A stretch of 64,000 nt of DNA from Octopus vulgaris (Eukaryota): positions 38,316,001 through 38,380,000 of the forward strand of contig OX597832.1 of assembly GCA_951406725.2 (NCBI GenBank). Direction: 5' to 3'. The position numbers and the translations under genes were made by a program. This document shows positions 55,671 to 64,000 of this stretch, piece by piece (the stretch's first letter is position 1; each line of letters starts with the position of its first letter). Below the pieces are notes generated by a model that saw only the letters and a list, made by a program, of their open reading frames with translations, had not been told where the DNA came from and did no database searches.

Positions 55671-55773
55671 CACTCACGCACATATATATTGATTACTTGA
55701 AGAAAAAACAAATCACAAATTACGAAAGAATATACCAGCAATCATAATAGCAAAACTAATGGCAATAATGATG

Positions 55774-55835
<62 letters not shown>

Positions 55836-56977
55836 AAGAAGAAGAAGAAGAAGAAGAAGAAGAAGAAGAAGAAGAAGAACAACAACAACAACAACAACAA
55901 CAATAACAACTACAACAACAATAATAACAATAATCTAAGTGAATTAATGTGAAATTGTTGCGAATCATGTGTGTATTATACGTGGCTGTATGAGCAACTG
56001 TACCCACTGCTGGAGAGCAAGTTAAATCAGGTGGTAGATAAATTGCTTCAGGTGTGAATCGCTGTTAGAGGTGTCTAATTAATGAAGCTATCTACATGCA
56101 CACGTCGTAGTTGCAGTAGTATGCACCATTGGATGTCATTCTAATGATGTAGCTACTTAAGGAAAACTATCCGATCGGCCGCCATTTAACAACGCGCATT
56201 AGCCACATACATACATGCATAAATGCATGAATACATATATAGACGCATATATACATGCATACAAACGTACGTACGCAGTACATAAATACATACAAGCGTA
56301 CTTACATACATGCGCATATATAAAGACGAACATACATGCATGCATACATACGTGGATACATACATAAATGCGTACATACATAAATACTTACAAACATATA
56401 CGCATACATATATACACACATTTTGCTACATATTCATATACATAAGGTTCATTACATTAGTTCTCTCTCTCTGCCTCTCTCTGTCTTTCTCTCTCTCTCG
56501 CTCTCTTTCTCCCACACACACATACACAGATACAAACACACGCACATACTCACAGCTACCGACGCGAAATTACATATGCATTCATACATATATAAGCACA
56601 GAGACATACATTCTTAGGTACACTTACACACACAAAATTCCACAGACAAACCGACGTATACATAAATACATGCATGCATGCATCCATCTGTACACATATA
56701 CAAACATACATACATGCACACACATACATATATGCATAGATGCATACACACATACATACACGCATACATAATACATACACACATACATAATTACATACAT
56801 TCATGCGTACACATACATACATGCATGCATGCATACATAATACATACATGCATACATTCATACATACATACATACATACATACATACATACATACATACA
56901 TACACACATTCTGCAATATATTCAGAGATATAAGGTGTATCGCGTTAGTTCTCTCTCTGTCTGTCTGTTTGTCTCTC

Positions 56978-57029
<52 letters not shown>

Positions 57030-57048
57030 CCCACAGACATATATATTC

Positions 57049-57235
57049 ACGCTGGCGAAATGCTTAGAAGTATTTCGCCTGTCTTTACGTTCTGAGTTCA
57101 AATTCCATCGTAGTCGGCTTTGCCTTTCATCCTTTCGGGGTCGATAAATTAAATACCAGTTGCGCACTGAGGTCGATCTAATCGGCTGCCCCCCCCCCAA
57201 AAAAAAAAAATTGGGGACATTGAGCTTTGAATAGA
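57049..57235 (+). mobile_element. SINE-A copy
   Basis: gttctgagttcaaattcc..tttgcctttcatcctttcggggtcgataaatt. Confidence 0.85.
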
Positions 57236-57736
57236 AAATATCTATATTACATATATGGATAATACATACGTCCACACTCACAATATACACATATACAATA
57301 ATACATACACATACACATACAAGCACATATAGATATATGAATATGTGTGATTATCTATAGTTGATACTGGCATAGAACGATATATACATCCTTAGGCACA
57401 TACGTACATACACAGAGTTCAACAGACACATTAACGTATATATATATATGTACATACATACATGCATCAATATATGCATACATACATGCATCTATGCATA
57501 CATAAATACATACATACATACATACGTACGTACATACACATATACATGTATACATTGATGCTAAGAGATATACACACACACACACACACATATATATACA
57601 TACATACACATATTGAATATTGTACAGAGTGATTCCGCGAATTAATCTTTACATGTGCACGCACATAAGCATACATCATGCTTTCAAAGCCAGCCGTATA
57701 CAAGAAAAAGTATAAACACATACAAACATAACTCAC

Positions 57737-57784
<48 letters not shown>

Positions 57785-57912
57785 AGGCCCATACTCATGA
57801 TGTACGCAAATATATGCACACACATTTCTGCGTGTGCCTCTTACTCCCTCTCCTTCGCCTTGTCTCTGTCTCTCTGCCTCTCTTTTGCACACAACATATA
57901 GGCATATAAACA

Positions 57913-57985
<73 letters not shown>

Positions 57986-58469
57986 TACGGTCTCATCAGG
58001 AGATTACATTGTTTACATTTGTTATTGAACAGATCGAGAGATTAGGGAGGGAGGAAAGGAGAGCGAAGGAGAGAGGGAGTTAAAGGAGTGAGTGAGAGAG
58101 GAAGTGAAGAATGGGGTGAGTGAAGTAGAGAGAGAGAGAAAGAGAGAGGCAGAGGTTTGCAACTAATGAGAACCACAATGAGCACCGGCCTCAGCTTTTA
58201 GTGTGGAATAAAGTTTGTATAATTAGGGAGAAAATAACAATACTGTACGGTTTGTGGTGCTTTTGTTGCTGCTGTTGTTGCTGTTGTTGTTGCTCTTGCT
58301 GCTGTTGCTGCTGGTGATGATGCTGATGCAGCTGTTGCTGCTGTTAGTGTTGTCATCATCAGCGTCATCACGAACCAACTACAGAATCACTGGGAACATT
58401 TTTTTGCAATTGTTGTCAAAGTCATCGTTGCCAACAATCATCATCGCAGTCGCCGTCGCCGTCGCTGTC

Positions 58470-58501
<32 letters not shown>

Positions 58502-58618
58502 CTTCATCACCATCATCACCATCATCATCACAATCATCACCATCATCATCACCATCATCACCATCATCATCAGCATCATCATCACCATCATCATCAGCAT
58601 CATCATCATCATCACTAC

Positions 58619-58656
<38 letters not shown>

Positions 58657-58999
58657 ACCTCGTCTTCTCCTCTCTGCTCCTGCTCTTTGTCACCTTCCCC
58701 TCCTCCTCCTCCTCCTCATCATCATCATCATCATGACCGCCCTCCCTGTACATAACTTCCTGTCCCCCTACATGGCCTTGCTTTTGCTTTTTGAGCCAAT
58801 AAAAATTGAATTGAATTGAATTGAATTGAATCATCATCACCATCATCATTATCATCATCATCATCATCATGTTAAAAAATGCCGAAAGGAAAATGATTAG
58901 GAATAATTGTTTTCGTTTACTTTTATTTTTTTTTAATGTTATTTCTTTTTAATGTTTTTAATTTTGATATCAAAACTCTCCAGATATTCTAAGTATGAT

Positions 59000-59230
59000 A
59001 AATTTTGATAATTTTATAGAATTTGAAAAATCTTATCAACATTATCAACTTTCCTATTAAATTCAGGATGAATTTCAACGAGAAGCTTCTATTTTTAGGT
59101 ATTTCAATAATGAAGGCAGGTGGGAAGTTGGTCACCTACTCTACAGCCATCGACTCAGAATAGAATCTCATCATGTTGTCTTTCTAAACAGAAAAACGAG
59201 CATTCCAGTCAACCCCTGCAACATGAATTG
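59000..59230 (+). mobile_element. Degraded Penelope-like RT fragment
   Basis: NIINFPIKFRMNFNEKLLFLGISI..LVT..DSE*NL..KTSIPVN (cf. IKFTME..LPFLD..KPTDS.QYL..SIPFN). Confidence 0.62.
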
Positions 59231-59760
59231 GCGCATTAGAAGCAAGTTCTGGTAAACGTGATGATGAACTGCTAAACATTTTTATTTAAAGATAATTTTC
59301 ATTGAGTCTTATCATAATTGGAAGAGACTGAGAAAAACTGAAATATTGAAGATTTTAGGGAAACAAAATATTTAACGTAAAGTGTACTAGCCTCTGAATG
59401 TGGCTAGCCACTGGGGGTGGGTGTTACTGACGCTTTTAGCCCCAGGATATCGTCGTCTCCAGCTGGCCTTAGACAAAATTTCTGTGCCCTTTTGATATTT
59501 GCAAAGGGAGGTCATCCCCTCTCGAAAACCTAAGTGATACATACGGACTATAGTTTCCAGGTTTTTGCCTCTCGTCAACAAAAAAAATATATTTAACATT
59601 GAGCTAAAACCAAATTAATCCCAGGTAACTTCTCTTCTGTTTATTTGCGTTTAACTTAAGAAATGTTGGAATATTAAACCACAATTTTGATCTTCTTGTA
59701 AATCATATTCTATGAGATCAATAACTTGAATAAAATTCTGGAAAATCAACAAGTCATCAC

Positions 59761-60211
<451 letters not shown>

Positions 60212-60309
60212 ACGAGCTCTATTATGCAATAACGTGTTTCAGATATCTGGAAAACTACATTGGACAGACCGTAACATCACTACACAAAAGATTGATGTTT
60301 TTTTTATAT

Positions 60310-60516
60310 TCTTTTATTCTTTTTACTTGTTTCAATCACTTGACTGCGGCCATGCTGGAGTTCCGCCTTCAGTCGAAGAGATCGACACCAAGACTTAATC
60401 TTTGTTAGCCTGGTACTTTGTTAGCCTTATCCTATCGGTATCTTTTGATGAACAGCTAAGTTACGGGACGTAAACACACCAACATCAGTTGTCAAGCGAT
60501 GGTGAGAGAACAAACA

Positions 60517-60595
<79 letters not shown>

Positions 60596-60727
60596 GGCGG
60601 ATTTCTTTCAGTTTCCGTCTTCCAAATCTAATCACGAGGCTTTGGTCGACCTGAGGCCATAGCAGAAAATACTTGCCCAAGGTACCACGTGGTGGGACTG
60701 AACCTAGGACCATGTGGTTGGTAAGCA
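60310..60727 (-). mobile_element. SINE-B, inverted relative to 59761-60211
   Basis: ttttacttgtttcaatcacttgactgcggccatgctgg..ccatgtggttggtaagcaa. Confidence 0.9.
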
Positions 60728-60886
60728 AACACAGATATCAAATAAATAATGAAAAACTTCATAGAATAACAAGCGAGTAACAATGCGAGGAATGTGTGCA
60801 GATTAACATGTGCCGGAATGAATCTAACTAATTTTGAATATTCAGCCACAAAGCAACATCGAAAGGAAAAACAGATTTACTAAGAA

Positions 60887-61284
60887 CTAGCAGTATCGCC
60901 TGGCGTTGCTCGGGTTTGTAAGGTAACTAACTATATAAGCATTTTTAGAGAGTTATAGCCAAAAAATAGCAAAAAATGCATTAAAAATGGAAAAAAAATT
61001 ATGGTAAATTTTTTTTTAAATCGTTGACTCATCGTAGACATTTTTAGAGAGTTACTTCCCTTATATAATAGCAAAAAAATGCATTAAAATGGAAAAAATG
61101 ATGGTAATTTTTTGTTAAATCGTAGACTCATCGTAGACGCGCGCTAATACCCAGAAGGGCTCGATATAAATCACGACTATAAGATACCCGCTTTTGGTTA
61201 AACTGCACCTCAAAATGTGGGAGTAGTTAGGAATCTAAATCGTAGGAGACAGACAGCACACAACCTCACTTTTATATACAAAGA
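60887..61284 (-). mobile_element. Complete non-autonomous Helitron
   Basis: Minus strand starts TC (a|TCTTTGTATATAAAAG), has the subterminal hairpin CCCGAGCAACGCCAGG and ends CTAG|t. Inserted at an A|T site with no TSD. Internal ~100-bp tandem duplication. Confidence 0.88.
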
Positions 61285-62376
61285 TATAAGCCACACTTAA
61301 ATATTTGGTCAAACAATTATTGTCGATAGCGTAGCTTGTTACAAAGAATACTCGTATGCAAAGACAACCGATGCAAACTTTGACGTTCTTTTAGAGATAC
61401 TTAAAAGTACAACAAGCGAAATATTCCATTCCCCGTGAATAGCTCGAAGACTGTAAACTTGTTTGCATTAAATGAGAAAAATTTTAATATATCTGAAATG
61501 GATAAAACAATTATTATTTGTTATTTAATATACCTAACGAAGATTCAGCAGTTATTAAAAGTGAGTTATGCATTTTAATTTTTAATTTATTTCCCCACAT
61601 ACACGCATACATACATACATACACACATACATACGTACATTCACATACACACGCACACACACACACACACAAATATATTTAAGCTGAAGTAGTGCAGTGC
61701 AACATGGTGTGCCGGGATAAGTTGCAAAATAAATTTACCCACTAACTAAACGCACATTCATCGATGCTGGTTCAACCACGTGGTTTTCTTCGCAGAATTG
61801 ACTGAAGAACAACCCCAGTAATCTAAGTCGCTCATCCAGAGCGTTTAAATTGTTCATCAAAGAGAGAGAGATAGATAGAGAGAGATAGAGAGAGAGGGGG
61901 AGAAAGAGAGAGGGAGAGAGAAAGAGAGGGAGAGAGAGAATTACAATTTTTTTTTATGCCATAAAGTGTTTTTTGACGCATTGCCTTGTGAGTAAATTTA
62001 TCGGTAGTTTGTCTTAATTTGACGAAGCGCACCGTTATTGTATTTGTCGACGAGTTATGAATAAATATGTATCTAATATCTTCTAACTCATCGAGACTTC
62101 ACACGAATAAATAAACATTACAGAGAGTAGATTTAATACTATCATGTTCTTAAGAATGAAATCAACCTCTCTGTCTGTGTATCTACCCACTTTATAATGT
62201 TGGCAAACGAAATAGGGATAAGAATGTGCATTGTCAGTTTAATTGGAAATTTTCTATAGGTGGCTGAAGATTGCTCGACATTTTAAAACTGATGTAATGC
62301 TTACAGTGTTTAATAAAATGAAGTAGCGTGAAACGATCGTACCGCATTACCTCGGACATACTTGTTGCTTATTTTG

Positions 62377-62417
<41 letters not shown>

Positions 62418-62564
62418 AGCGAATTGAAGAAATGGAGTTGAACGAAGATTGAACAGAAATCGTTTTATTGCATTCTACATTTATTGCATTTTTTTTGATT
62501 AATCTGCAACAAGATTATTCATCTTTCTATTTCACAATATATATATATATATATATATATTTAT

Positions 62565-62895
<331 letters not shown>

Positions 62896-62902
62896 ATGTA
62901 TG

Positions 62903-62943
<41 letters not shown>

Positions 62944-64000
62944 AGTAATGTCTCTCTCCTTTTTATTTCTCCCTTCTCTCTCACTCTATCTGAATTCTTC
63001 TGCGCTCGCATGCACGAGCGTAATGAATATCTAGTTAGCTGCACCAATTCGTCAGCGAATAATAATCTCATTCCATCGCATCTGTTAGTTAGGGGCCGGT
63101 GTGAATTGATGAATGTGTTCTTGTCAATCAATTTGATGAACCTCTTTTAAATGAAGTCAATGAAGTTTAATGAAGTTTATCTGTCAGCCTTTTCTTGTGG
63201 TTGGAAATAGACGGCGCACCCAAAAATAAATACGATGTCGTCCATGATAAACCCGCTGTATCTTTTATTACAGAATGAACTACAGAGAGATATTATTCAG
63301 GAACACCAATGACCTGTTAAAAACAATAGTCATATTTTTTCACATTTATTGCAGTGAGTATTAAAAAGTTAATTAGAAGTAGTTACCAGGTGAGGAAAAT
63401 ATAATATTAATCGACGTCAGTAATTTATTCTCTAAAATATATTTACTTTCACGTCTTCTCATATTAAATATTGTCAACCCACTGAGGGATTCTTCTAATA
63501 ACTGCTTCAGAATATACAGCGGCATCATTACATTACTGGGGAGTTTTAATAACACTGAAACATGTCACTACTTGCCGAATAATTAATCTAATGACAGCCA
63601 TTAAAAAAATATTTATTTTCTTCCCTGTACAATTTATTTATTTTATTTTTTTTACAGCTCAATAAGGCAATACTGCTGGGCTTTTTTTATAACTTGTTAT
63701 ACAAAACTATTGTGAGATAAGTTTTCTTAGTTACAAACTATATTGGCAGAATACGAACCGACAACCTCTCAGTTCTTTTTTCAATACTTGTTTAACCACT
63801 CAGCTATACAACATTGGTATCAATGCTAGGTAGATGAAATGTACAGAAAGCTGATTTATCAACGATAGTCGAAGAGGGTAAGGTCGCTACTTCTGTTTGT
63901 ACCTGACCAACGCTTACATAACTTTGTCAAAGAAACAATCGTGCATTTCTTGAAGTACAACGAACTGAAACCCTTCTATTATTTATTCAGTTGGTTTCAT

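Noticed and set aside
59390-59570. GC-rich segment with CTGGGG/CCCCAG pairing as a ribozyme
   Set aside because: No HDV L3/P3 signature found; probably a repeat fragment.
61706-61732. miR-92-like sequence
   Set aside because: Seed disrupted and no complementary arm.

Overview
Eukaryotic, AT-rich and extremely microsatellite-dense non-genic DNA, either intergenic or deep intronic. The repeat make-up suggests an Octopus-like cephalopod; this is inference from recognition, not a database match. I found no host protein-coding exon. Nearly all ORFs in the track are translated microsatellites. The real coding signal is all transposon-derived: Dong/R4-like RLE retrotransposons, RTE, L1/Tx1, two Penelope-like RT remnants, mariner D,D34D and maT-like transposases. 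Non-autonomous elements include about 35 SINE copies or fragments (named A, B and C here), hAT and mariner MITEs, an 800-bp foldback element and a complete 398-bp Helitron. Highlights: (1) one (TAA)n tract at 38.1-40.9 kb holds two Dong/R4 copies plus a ~560-bp non-coding element whose 5'-truncated copies also end in (TAA)n, a candidate non-autonomous microsatellite-homing retroelement; (2) a minimal type I hammerhead ribozyme with an atypical core at 62658-62692; (3) closely spaced inverted SINE pairs; (4) a GC-rich multi-hairpin island at 32.7 kb. Boundaries of degraded elements are approximate and were read by eye.
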